Source: Raillietiella orientalis
Lineage: Eukaryota
Direction of reading: 5' to 3'
Length of the DNA: 64,000 bases
Assembly (NCBI GenBank): GCA_036172245.1
Contig: JAYWIR010000043.1
Span: forward strand, 1,488,001 to 1,552,000
How positions within the stretch are numbered: the first letter of the stretch is position 1; each line of letters opens with the position of its first letter. The position numbers were made by a program, and so were the translations under genes. This document shows positions 1-11,799 of this stretch, one piece after another. The notes beneath the pieces were generated by a model. That model made no database searches, was not told the origin of the DNA, and saw only the letters and a list, made by a program, of their open reading frames with translations.

Positions 1-1039
1 GGACTGGCAGGAGTGTCTGGCTGTCCTCCTATGTCGGCGACATCACTCCAGCCTCTCTTCCAAACGTAGAAGCCTTTCGTTTTAAAGCTGTTTGGAAGCC
101 CAAATCACGTGAGCAATAGGAGATTTTTTTCCCCTGCTAGTTTCAATAAACTGGCACTCTTCCCACCGCATTCGTCGACAACCTAACAAGTCTGTGGCAG
201 TAAATTAGTAGGGAGACAGTTCCAGGATCCCTTCTCTTTCATCGGACAAAAAATCTCAAGATCCACTTGACTCGAAGTTTCGCTGATATCGGAGGTCTGA
301 TGAGCGGCAAGGCTCCCACAGGAACACGGGGGGAATCCATTTGAGTTTTTGATAGGTGAAGGGAATGATAAATGCAGTTGATTTGCTCTTTTCCTATACA
401 ATAATTCTCTTTATGGGGAAAGTAGCCCATGTGGTGTATGCCATCGGAGGACCCGCTCGGATAACGCGTTAAGACGATTCAATTTCACCGCATCTCTTCC
501 CATGTCTTGGATCATAAGATCCAAATTTTAACTTTATCCACTAACGATCGAAAACCTGGAGGGAACTGCAGCTACGACAACGAAAATTTTCATCCCTGCT
601 GATTTTTAGAATGGACTCTCTCCTGGCGTTTCTGGACTCGCCTTGTGAATGGAGGGTCTCACTGTAGAAGCTAAGAGTTACAGTTCCTTCAAGGAGTTTC
701 TTGCAGTCACCGTTCTTCAATTAGCATCGGGGCAAATATGGAAAGTAGCGGTTTCAGAGGGGGGTGGTTATTGGCTCTGAGCTGTAAAGAGAAAAATGAT
801 GCATCAGAGCTAAGGAAAAAGCTGAATTCTAAAACTTCACAGTGGTAGAGCAATCTGTTTGACAACTCCAGCTGAGCTGGCAGCGCATGAGCACTCGAAC
901 TGCTTCCTTAAAAGGGAAAAGAATTGAAAAATTCTGCTTTGAGAAAGAAATGATCTTAAAGAGGATGCTATTTTTTCTTACTCGTTTCTTCATCACAGGC
1001 CGTGGTTTCCGCTGGTTTTCCCTCCCTTAATGAGTTCTT

Positions 1040-1772
1040 GGACAGTCTCATCTTCCCCCTCGAGTGGCAGGAGTCAGAGAGCTTGATCTTGCCCATGAAA
1101 CTCACGCCCGCATCAATGCACCCTGGGAAGTGAGGACACGAACTGCTGCAGGTGCAGAGAAAGGGAATCACTCCCTCACCTACTCGTGGACTGTGCTTCC
1201 CTCCGGCCTCTATGGGCCCCATTTCACCACGAGCCTCCACATACTGGTTGGCAACCTCAATGACATGCTCGAACTCTTCGTGCGAGTTCAAGCATGTCAT
1301 CTTCGTGCGAGATGCACTGCGACCAGTCGCTTCCTTAGATGCTCCTGGCTGCATTCCGGGGATTGTGATGGCCTGGAGCGAAGCAGGAAGAGGACGAGAC
1401 GGAAGGGACGCCATCCAATTCGCTATTCCCTTCCTGCGAATGGCAGCCATATAGCCCACTGGGGAGCATGCAGATGGAACTTGCCGGCATTCTAGAAAGC
1501 ATGCTGAGAAAGCCCCAAGCAAAATATGATCCCATCCTGTACCCCACAGCGTTTTTTTCTCTTATTTATTCTTATTTTTTATTTTTTTTTAAATTTTATT
1601 CTTGTGTGTTTCCCTCCCCTGTTCTGACAAGGCGAACCTGGCTAGTCCGCGTACCGGCACCTTGGCAGGTTCCCTGTGCAGATGAGGATGGGGAACCACA
1701 TGTCGCATTACTACGTCTGAATGTTGTTTTTTTCAATAAATGGCACGGCGTGACCAGGTGGCAACCTCTGAT
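1040..1772 (+). mobile_element. 5'-truncated L1/Tx1-like LINE 3' end (ORF2 C-terminal zinc finger + 3' UTR), subfamily 'B'
   Basis: CCCCTCGAGTGGCAGGAG = PLEWQE; ~1141-1196 reads NCCRCRERESLPHLLVDC (CxxC-x7-H-x4-C); pyrimidine-rich UTR; AATAAA at 1735-1740. Homologous to copies at 14, 15, 35 and 54 kb. Confidence 0.8.
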
Positions 1773-1929
1773 AAGGTCTCCATATCGCCATCACGTTTTT
1801 GAAGTTCGTAGTCTGAAATGGATGGTGCGCATTAGCGTTTGAGGGTTCAATACCATTGAGATCAGCGGTTGCCACAGACAGATGATGAAGGAATTCTCCG
1901 CCATCATCTCCGTAAGACACTCTTCTCTA

Positions 1930-2990
1930 TCCAATCTTTTGGATGAGCCTGCGGCGGTGGGGAAATGCCCATCGGAGCCAGCGGCTCAATGATGCTTCCA
2001 GAATATGCTGCGGGGGTGCGTTCGATGTCTTTCTCGCTCCACTCTGAGACATCTTCATCTCTTTCAGGCCCAGGCTCCAGGGACCCCACGACGAGGCACA
2101 CTCTCCAAAGAGCTCCGACTCCTCGCAAGCCCACGTCCTGCTATTGGTTCCCTTTCCGTTTTCTTGGTCCTCCCGGAACCGTCGCCCGTTCTCCGGAAGC
2201 GTGGAGGGCGTCAAGTTCGATGGCTCGCCCCTTGACCTGAGCCACAAAGCCGCGTCAGAGCGTCGAGTTGATGCCGGACGGCGGACGGCTGGCTGGAGGC
2301 TGCCATCTCTGCCGATGTTGCCGTGTGGCCTCCTGGTCCGGGAGACCAAGTCGCCTCGCCCGCAGGCGACGAGCAGTTGGTTCGAGGCGCTGCAGGGACT
2401 CCTCCTGCGCCACGCACCCGATCCACGCCGCTCCCCACCGGAAATGCCCACACGAGCAGTAGGCTGAGCTGCGCCGCGTGGATCAACATCCTCTACGGAA
2501 CGGGAAGCATCCGGGTGAACGAAGTGGTCCAACGCAGGACGTGGCCTCCCTTTTTCGGAATGCTCCGCTGCGACGTGCGATGAGGCTTTGGTCGATCTGT
2601 GTGGATGCAGCCGAAATTGGGATGGGCGGGTGGTGCCATGGCGAAATATGCCAAAAGGCGCGAATTGCCGCTCATCCGCAGGCATTCCGCTCTCGAGCGC
2701 CTCCGAGGCTCCGCCTCAGGAAAGATCGAACCTTCCGTTTCAAGACATGCTTCTACATCCAGCAAGGGACCACTCTCCAGATGTGACGTGCCACCTCCAT
2801 GGTTTCTTTCTTTTCCCTTTCGCAAGCGGGAACTTCCGAACGAGCCTTATAGATGCTGCCGCAGCTTTCCTCCCTCAGTGTTGTATTGGCCAGGTCTTTA
2901 CTGGAAAGGAGTCCTTATTATCCTTACGAGCGGTCCCCATTCTAACGCGCAATTCCTTTCGCTGAAGAAGCTGCGTGGACGAGGACTTCT
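1930..2990 (+). mobile_element. Decayed LINE ORF1 (gag-like) fragment; repeat A copy 1
   Basis: Broken frames give INILYG..VNEVV..PFFG..RRELPL..KTCFY, resembling the L1/Tx1 ORF1 region leading into a zinc knuckle. Core 1991-2846 is a near-identical inverted copy of 45243-46098. Confidence 0.6.
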
Positions 2991-3849
2991 GGATGAGTGT
3001 CAGGCTGTGCTGCGCTGCGTGAACGCGCGGCTGATGGCCAAACCTCAAACACTGTTTGCGGGACGGAAGACATTTGATGGAAGATGTGGTCCAGCGCGAG
3101 GCGTGGCATTCAGAGAAGCACCCAGACGAAAGTGAGCCTGCTTGCCTCAGGGCATGTGTAGGCTGGAAGTGGACCTATCGAACGCCCATCCTACTGCATC
3201 GATTCTCGCTTCATGTTATTCGAATCCCCATGTTGTCTTCATCCGACTGGAATTTTGGCTGCCTAACGTCTCAATGATCTGGATGCCACTTAAAGGTTCA
3301 TTTAGTCTTGCTTTCTTGGTCCTTGGATTAAACTGTTCTGAGTCTTCTTCAGGTGGTGCTCGAGGTATCTACTTTTATCGCAAAGCGTGAAGCTCTTCAG
3401 GAGTCATGCCATACACAGGATATGACGAATTCAAAAATATGAATTGATTGTGTGCAATTTATTGACCTCATCCAAAAGACTGGAGAGGTTGAGAAACCTG
3501 CGTAAAAATGCTCCTATTCGTTTCCCCGCTTGTCAATTTCGGACACTTCGTCGGTTGCTTGTTTGAAAACGCCTACCGGTCTTTCTTCCTGCATGTTCTT
3601 AGTCTATGGCAATGTACCAGGTGAGGTATCCATGGAGGCGAAATACATTTCTGGATGCAGATTCCTTTGGCCGGGATCTGTTGTCTGGAGGACTTTGATA
3701 GTAGTAGTATTAGGTTCATGTCAAATGGCTCCCCTGACTACTAATGAGCTTCATTGTAACCGGACCAATGAGTTTGTTCTTCGCACCAATCACGAAAGTC
3801 GTCTTCCTGGAGCTACATGCTGAGGCTTGGACTGTGCGAGGAAGCACAC

Positions 3850-4560
3850 CTGCTGACACTGATGGAAAACCCAACCTTCCGGCACAGGTCGTTGAGCATA
3901 GGAAGGCTCCGACATCTCCGGTGCCGCTTCCCTCTGCCTTTGCATTCGAAGTCCGGATCCATCCCATCCATCCCCTCCACAGCGACAATGTTGTATTGGC
4001 CACGTCTTGTTGCAAAATGCGGGCGCTTCTGAAAGTCGACCACCGGCTTCTGGGGCTTCCTTTTCGTTCGAAGGGCTGTCGCGACCTGCTTTTTCACACG
4101 GATGTGCCGGGTCGTTTACCGAAAACAAGAAAGTCACAATGAAAATGCAGTGGAGGCGCTGCCTGTCCTACGACGTCCGATGCGCATGAAGCCCGCCGGA
4201 ATACCGGTGCCCAGCCCAGCGAGGTCCGCCTGGTCGATGACCTGCTGAGCGTCCGGTGGCGTTTTCGCTTCTGACGGCGGCCTCGTCTCTCGCAGTCGGC
4301 TCCACCGCCGTTCCTGAAACGCCTCGCTTCCCTTTCCATTTCCCTTGACTGCCACTCTGACTGCGAGCGGACTCTGCCAAGAGGTCTGTTCTTGCCAGTT
4401 CGCTCCGTTCTGCTGCAGCCTGCCCTTCTGGACGAGTATCGTCCTGAAGGTCAGGCGAAAGCGTGCGCCTCATTCGCAAGCTGGAGAAGAGCATCCCCGC
4501 AGCTCAGGCAACAAGAGGACGCGAGTCCCGGACATGAGCGGACGCCCAGTCCTCCCGGGA
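3850..4560 (-). mobile_element. Decayed LINE ORF2 fragment (EN-RT linker)
   Basis: Fragments EWQSREMEREARRF and PHFATRRGQYNIVAVEGMDG resemble the L1 post-endonuclease linker; many stops and frameshifts. Confidence 0.35.
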
Positions 4561-5499
4561 ATGCGAGTTTAACATTCGCAGGGCGCCCGTCCCCGGCGGC
4601 TCATAAAGACATTGAAAGCATTTTTCCTATTCGAGCGAATTTCAAACGGATTCGGTGGAATTCATCCGCCCCCACACACGCCCCGTTTTGGAATCCATCT
4701 TTCGAAGTTCGCATCAGACATCCCTTTGACCATTCCTTTTACGGAAATTTCCACTACGGAAACTTCCTGGATGCGGCCGCATGCGCCCACATCCGCACAT
4801 GCGATCAGAGATTTTGAATGGGGCTTTAGGATCTCTGATCTCTGCTCCGCACTCTGCGATCCACATCTCCAAGTCACATTCACGCCATCGATTCCGAGAT
4901 TTCTTAGTTCCTTGAGTTCCGATTCCTTTTCGTTTTCGAGGTTGCGGCACTTGTGAGATCTTTTTGGGTGCGGCTGCGACCACGTGCCTCCTTGATTGGA
5001 GCAACAGTGGCGCGTAGAGCACGCAGTATCTGCATGCTATCTGTCGCTCGTGCCTTTCAACTTGAATTCCAGAGCTGCAGACGAAATCCCCCGCAGCCGA
5101 AACAGCTGGATATCCCAGAAAACCGCTCTCCCACGCACCTACGCCCAGATTTATAGTCCGATAACAACATGCGTCATCAGTGCGCTACCCATCTGCTAAT
5201 GGAAGAGCCACGTAAGACAAAGGTGTCAACAGGAGACAGATATTAGCCACCGGAGACGGAAGCCAGTCGAGCCGAATCAGAAGCGCGTGATAAACACTAA
5301 TTCTATCATGCCATTATGCCATCACATCCTCCGGACTGTTGGGCTGCTGCGGAAAGTGTGATGCCTAAGGGAAGGCAGAAGGTAGGAATTACGCTGCCGT
5401 GGCAGAACGCTTCGTAGGAATGAAGACATCGGGTGAACCGAGACACCACGATGATTAGCGAGATCCCAAAGCACCAGATCCTCCAAAGGAAAGATTACT

Positions 5500-5970
5500 T
5501 CAGAAGCTTACTGTAGCAACACGACGCAGTAGGAGAACTGCTGGTATTTGCACATGGCTCCATACGAAGTTCACTCGTGGTGAAATGCCACAGCATACAT
5601 GTGCCGATTCGAAAATCAAAGGAACTAACCTCACTAGGGATAGAAGTTGGAGTAGGAAGGAGGGGAGAGAGAGGCAAAAAAAAAGAGGGTGGGGTACGGA
5701 GAGGTCTTACAGTAATAAAGATGATTCCTGTGGGCTTGCATCAGGCATGGACGAAAGGGTGGAGGGAATGCACGCTGTCATTGGTATCGAGGTAGTATGA
5801 CCACATTCGTCCTCACTGTCCTTTGTATTTAACATACCAAATTGGGTCATCCCATCATTTCGCATGAGGGCGATGAGAACAACTCCTTGGGATGACGGCC
5901 ACCATTTTGGCCACCATCGCTGCTCTCGTGCGTGGCAGAGGATCTCCAGCAACGACGCAGATGGTAACCC
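5500..5970 (-). pseudogene. Degenerate kringle-domain-like exon pair
   Basis: Across frameshifts: MTQFG..YKG, MPDASPQE..YYC running into a GTAAG donor (~5712), then LWHFTTSELRMEPCA. This resembles kringle G.EY.G / FPD...NYCRNPD / PWC.T....E.C. Confidence 0.33.
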
Positions 5971-6649
5971 TAAAAAGGTGAGCATTTCTCTGAATAGGTA
6001 CCGTTGGGAGCATAGGTAGAGAAAGTGCCGGTGCAATCCATTTTCCAGCCCTGCTGCTTTCTGGTGCAACCCGGTAAGAGATACGGCAGGATTCCCACTG
6101 CCCTGCAGTGTGTGCATTTGTCCCTGAGGATCCTTCCTTCTGAGGAGTGCTGATGTTCCGCGTTTCGGGGATTCCCAAGCACCAATAGGATAGAGGTTTA
6201 CTCGGAGAGAAAGGCAAGGACGGACGTGTCGACCAGGAAGTTTTCTCAGGAACTCCGAAAAACTCCATTTGGCATTGCGGGCCCCGAGCAAAGTTTTTGT
6301 GCTCCAGTCTCGAAGTTTCCCATGGAGCCATGAGGTTCGGACCCTTACGATCTCGGCTTACCCTCAGAGTTCCTCCCTTAACCTGAGGGGTAATCCTCAT
6401 CCTCTACCCACCGATTTAGAAGGGGTCGCAAGATGGCTTGAGCGGTCTCACTATGAGCGCTACGGAGCAGATTCGTGCCGTCCAGGATCTCGCCGGGGGG
6501 GTTTCTCCACGCAGAGAGCGAGGCTTAGGCCTCTCCAGAGGCATCCGCGTTTAATGATTTCTGCCCTTAAGCGTTACTATTCCGTGGGGGGAAGGATACC
6601 CACTCGTAATCTTCCAGTAGCACCGCAATCAGTAGGAGCGAGCAGTACG

Positions 6650-7404
6650 GACCTCGGCTGCGTCTGCGTCTGCGTGGTGGAGACGCAGTTAGCCCTTTAC
6701 ACTTGTCTGAGTTCTTGACAAGAGTGCACGGAGGGAGATGCACCGGTGAGTTTCCCGTTGCGAGGGAGGATGTTTGAATCTCCTTCCGCTCGGCGAAAGA
6801 GCAAGTTCAGGCTCGTGTCCTAGCAAAGGGACATCAAATCCTTTAATCTCCCCTCGGATCCAAAGGAACCACAAAGGGCACGTCGATGCACGAGGGAAAC
6901 AAAAGAGGAACTAAAAAAGGGAAGTGACGAAGACTCTTTCGTTTGCAGTGGCGACAGGAAGCCGAGGCATGTTGCCCTTTCCTCAAGCAGGCAGATCCTC
7001 CCTCAAACGGACCTGAGGGTATCTTGAGCAAGTAATGGATCCGCCCGCGGGAGCTTCCAAAGAAGATGAGAACGTACCCAACGATAAACCAAACGCCACA
7101 GTCTTCGACTTCTGCCAGTTGAGTTGGACGGTATCATCCCTACAGATGAACTCTTAAGAGCACTTCAAGTGCAGCTACTGAGGTCCTCACAGGCGGCAAG
7201 AGAATCAGTCTGTTGGTGTAGACCATCGAACTAGGGGGCAGAGAGGAGACAGGAAGAGCACGCAAATACTTGTTCAGAACCAGTTGAAAGGAAATGCCAA
7301 AGGCATCGGCCTCAAGCCTTTGCCATGCTTATGTAAGAATTCCTTTGGCATTTATTCCCTTGGATGAGCAGCACGCTGAAACAGATGAAGAAGGCTGAAA
7401 GGCC
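6650..7404 (-). mobile_element. L1/Tx1-like LINE RT, 3' part (continuation of 8371-9250, split by a SINE)
   Basis: GLRPMP..FQLVLN (~RQG.PLSP.LF), MVYTNRLILL (~AYADDL), QLNWQKSKTVAFG (~L.IN..KS), LWFLWIRG (~FIW.G). Confidence 0.6.
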
Positions 7405-8360
7405 GCGTTGGCTGCCCTATGGGTGCGGTCTCTCCACGCGTGGCGCCAAACGTTGCGGGTTCCAATCTCCACGTGGAGGATCGACACCGAGAAATGGGTG
7501 CGTCGTCCCTCTGCAGACTGACGCTGGTTGGCTTCGGGTGCGGTGCTCGTGGGAACCGAAAACCGAATGTCCCCGTTGACTGGCCGAGATTGAAAGTTGA
7601 CTCTTTAGGTCTTTTCAGGAATCAAGGAGCAGCTTCACAACCGGAGAAGAATCCCTGAGACATTCTCATCCGGTTGTGAAGCCGTCTCTCCCCTCAGGAG
7701 GCTCCCCTTTCGCCATGGAGAAGGTGAATAACCCCCCTCGGGGGGTCGCCTCTCCAGAGTGTCAAGAAGCGGACTGCTCCCTTCGGGAAGCGCCCTTCAG
7801 AGAAATTTGGAGGAGTACTTTCGGAATTCTCTTCTGAGGAGGAAACAAGGAATGGTTCCCTTGCGAGTGCCCTCCGGAAAGTAAATTTCAGGAGCAGATC
7901 CCTTCCGGGTTCCCTTCGGAGGAGAAATGAGAAGCGGTCCCTTCCGGGAGTCCTCCGACGAGAATAAGGGAGGAGTTCCCTTCCAACCAGAGGATGTTTG
8001 AGAAGGCGTGATTATTGCTAGTTGAAAACTCCCAAGTATAAGAGGAACGGGTTCCTTCCTGATTTCATAGGGTGGTTCCTCCGGGGTGACCTTCTAACTT
8101 AAAGATCCCTCAGGTGGGTCCCTCAGGCTCCATGGAACAGTGCTCAGGAGCTTTTTGAGCTCTTCCTATGGAGGTGAATGGTTCTTCAGTGAACCAAAAA
8201 AAAAAAAAGGAAGCCCGAGAAAAAAAAAAAAAAGCTGGAAGGACGGCAGGGAAAATAGAAGAACTCCAAAGGATTTCCGCCATCCCATACGTATAGTAAC
8301 AATCTCTTCGTGAGATCGCTATTAATCTTTTTTTTTTTTTTAAAAAAAAAAAAAGAAAAA
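7405..8360 (+). mobile_element. tRNA-derived SINE-like element, copy 1 (diverged)
   Basis: Head GCGTTGG..TGGGTGCGGTCTCTCC..GCGGGTTCCAATC (degenerate B box); internal ~40-bp repeats; A-rich segment; tail hairpin 8293-8323; T/A run. Possible TSD AGATGAAGA at 7383-7391 and 8362-8370. Confidence 0.75.
7631..7682. repeat. ~50-bp foldback insertion inside SINE copy 1
   Basis: GCTTCACAACCGGA (7632-7645) / TCCGGTTGTGAAGC (7669-7682) is a perfect 14-bp inverted repeat. It is absent from the 29 and 51 kb copies, which read GAATCAAGGAGCCGGTCTC at this site. Confidence 0.75.
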
Positions 8361-8370
8361 AAGATGAAGA

Positions 8371-9250
8371 TCAAAGCTTTGCACTATGAGTTGAGGCAGT
8401 TGAGGTCACTGGCGGACGACAGTCGCCGCTATAAAAACTCGATGAACTCCTTGTTGACACGGTGGAACGCCTTTTGCAGGTCCACTGAAACACCCAGTGC
8501 TCCGTTCTTGGATATCATTCTGCTTCTTCAGCTACTTTCGAAAGTGGCCATGGTTTGTTTCCTCCTCCCGCAGCCTGAACTATGTGGTTCCCGACTCCGA
8601 ATAGGACCTTCGACTAGTTTGCATGTCCGTGCTTGTGGACTCCTGCAGATGGATCTGCGAACCGGTTGATCTCAGGCGTTATTCAACTTCTTTGAAATTT
8701 CATTTGTGGAATTTAATTCGCCAAGAGACTAGCGCTTTGCTCCTCTGGCGTTGTCATGTGAGGAAGTTGCACGAGTGTGCATGTCTTCCCAATGAATTAT
8801 TGAAACAGTGAAGCAGGTTGGCATCCACACCTCGTCCTGGTACCTCATAGGTCTGCTCCGAGCTGATGCTGGACTCCACCTCCTGTTCTGGTCCAGAGTC
8901 CAGACCTTGAAAAGCAACCTGATGTGTGTCCATGTTCCTAAGTGTGTGCAGCTGCTCAGGAAGCGTGGCAGGAGACGAACATTGGCTGATCTGAAAGAGG
9001 CAGAATCCGAAATCAGCAGCGCTCGTTTGTGTACCAGGTGCCCCAGTTCCTCGGAAAGGAGTTGGCAAAACTCCGTAGGTAGCCCATTTGATGCCGATGC
9101 GGTCCTGCTTCTGGGTCGTTCGGAAGTAGAGACGACAATTTTCCTCACCTGGTCATGTTTCTCAAGCCAGCATGACCAGGAGGCAACCAATCTTCAGCTC
9201 TACCTCATCCTTGAGGGAAAGAAGTGCTTGCTGCTCTCTGCAGTGATGAG
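8371..9250 (-). mobile_element. L1/Tx1-like LINE RT, 5' part (degenerate)
   Basis: SNGLPTEFCQLLSEELG (~DGLP.EFY), VRLLP, LGTWTHIRLL (~NWRPISLL), VSVDLQKAFHRVN at ~8456-8490 (~D.EKAFDRV). Confidence 0.8.
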
Positions 9251-11799
9251 CTCGAGATTTTGAGTGGTATTTGGAAGCTTTAGAGTCGCCATCCGAGCGT
9301 GAAAACCAAGATAGGCAGAGAGGTACCTCAGTTACCATGAAGACACAGTGAAACAGAAACCGAATGCTACAATCTGGGAAACAATAAAACGGGGCATTTC
9401 GATCTTCCAGCATTTAGCATACGTGTCATAGGCCAAAAGGCATCCACTGGTCAATCGATGAAATAAGAAATCGAGTGAATGATGGACGCACTGATCGTAG
9501 AGACCACGATGTTCCCTGCATCTCCTACGAGCATTTCGACTTTAATCCTTTTGTTTTTCCCCCATCCTTTTGTAGAATCTGCTGATAAATCTCATATTTG
9601 ATCATCACTGGCTATTCGATTTTCTTGGTATGCCTTGAGGCGTTAATGGGGTCATGCTGATGTGCGTCGCGTATACCTGGAAGCGCGCATCCGCTGCTAC
9701 CAGAGCAGCCCCTGTGGGATTACGCACGGTTATAGAACTCATTACGGACTCATTTATGGATTCGATTATATAGATAGCCAGCGGTGATTGTTCGCGTTAA
9801 CTGGAATATCTCAAGCGGGACAGCGTCGTCAACAGTGACGCGGTGAAAGTCGAATGATGGCGCTCTGCTCATGCGATGTTTCCCAATGGCTTTCACAGGT
9901 TCCGGCTGATGTAAATCGCGTCTGCTTGCGGGCTGAGGATGCCTGATGGTCGGCTGGTATCCTCTCTGGTTCCAGGAATTGATCGGAAAGACATGCACAC
10001 TCATGGAACTTTCTGGCATGAGCAACGCCACCGGCGCTGGTCCCTCGGCAAAGAAAACTTTTCAGAGAACTTGAACGAGACATGCGGTTAACCGGCTCAC
10101 AGATTCAGCTCCAGAAGTCCACAAGAACGGACGTGCGATCCAGTTGGTGTGTCCTAGTCAAAGTCGGAAACCAGCAGGAGTCTATCACTAGCTTTCCCTA
10201 CGGGATCGATGGAATCGATTTCAGTGAACAGGAGAGGAAAAGCTTATGAGCGAAGGTCCTCTCCTGGCATCTCCTCGACTTCAACGGGAAATGTTCGATG
10301 TCGCCGAGCTGCTGAGAAGGGGTTATCATCTTTGGCGGTCCATACATAACTGCATCTAGAAACGACTTTTTGACGTCTTCTTCGCCGGGAAAGAGTCTTT
10401 TGCTTGTCTGCTTGTGCCTGTCCTTTCCTATTTCACTCGCATTCGGCTCCAGAACGAAAATGCCACATAGCAAAGAGCACATCCGCTTCTTTCCATCGCG
10501 ACTTTGTCTCGTGCCTTCCAGGTGGGACCACCTCAGCAAGTGGACTTTCGACAAGCAGTCCTCTTTTCGGTCCCTCCACGCTGAATGAGGTCTTCGCGAT
10601 TCCTTGATGCTCCCATCCTTTTGTTCCCGAGAGCAAGGAAAAGCGCCCTGATCCAATTTGAAAGGGAGTAACGAAGTCAGGAAACGTGGAGGATGCGCAG
10701 AGGTTCTCCATTCTAAATGAATTCAGGGACAACTTCCTCGAGGCAGAACAATAGGGTCGCTATTTAGGCAATGTCCTCACTTTGATGGTTTCTCTCCTTC
10801 CTCCTTTCCACCTCCAACGATCGGTTTCAGATAAAGTGCAAAAGATGCAGCATCCACGCGCTTCTCGCTTCCGGGGCCAGAAGGAGTATTACAGGGAGCA
10901 AAAGGGCCAGCGAAGTCTGAAAGGAACAAAAAGTCTTGCTGGATGGATGGCAAACAGTTTTCGAGAGCGCGGACAGAGAGACGGGATCTGACATTTCAAA
11001 GCTGAAGGTTGGTCAAAGAGAGAGCTGCTCCAGGTCCCAACATTCTTGAAGCTCCATTTCACCCTGATGAATGAGCACAATGCAACTCAGGAGCACACGC
11101 CCCTCGGAAAAGCAGGCAGAAGGAAATCCTCTGTTTACTGGAGTCCTCACGAGACTTCGTTAGTTTCGAATACAAGAGAGGTTTTTCAGTTTTCCAGGTC
11201 TTCAGGATTGCAGGGAAAATAAGGAGCACTGGGAAACGAAGAAAAAAAGGAAAGTCTGCCAGGTGCAGCCGGTCCTGCGACATCAGGATCCGGAGTCGGT
11301 CAGCTCTATGGTTTCCCGCTTCCGTAAGAAAAAATGCAGACACCTCTTCGAAAACTGAAACACTCATCTGAAATAATCATCCAAGAAATCCTCCTGTTTC
11401 TGCCTCCGACAAGCTTTCTGGAGGAGTCCGAAGCTAAAGCTGAGGCGGAATTTGAACCTGGACCGCTTCCCTTCCTAGTTGTCCACAATAGGGGAAAGAG
11501 TCTGCCTTTCTATTACAGGCGGCTGGTGAGGGGATTCCGCCTTGTTTAACTTTAGGGATGTCGCCGGAACGCCTTGACTACAGGAGGCGCAGCGAGAAGC
11601 GAGTGATCAATTTGTGGAATCTGTGCCAAATCCATCTTCTCCCTAGTTCTGCAGCTTCCGCAACCAACTATCCGGTCTTCACGAATGCCTGCTTGCAGCC
11701 TGCAGCGAGCGTCCGCCGGAATCGGATGACGGGCAGTGAGCAGAATCGGATGTAGCTCGAGGAGCCATCTTGGAATTGGTGCCTGCTCCCGGGCTCTTC

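Noticed and set aside
1927..2685. 252-aa and 251-aa ORFs conserved between the repeat A copies (also 45404-46159)
   Set aside because: They are antisense frames of a GC-rich LINE relic; the apparent conservation only reflects the recent DNA duplication.
6425..6485. Second tRNA-like head (TGGCTTGAGCGG); similar at ~39035-39110
   Set aside because: The B box is degenerate and no second copy exists in the window.
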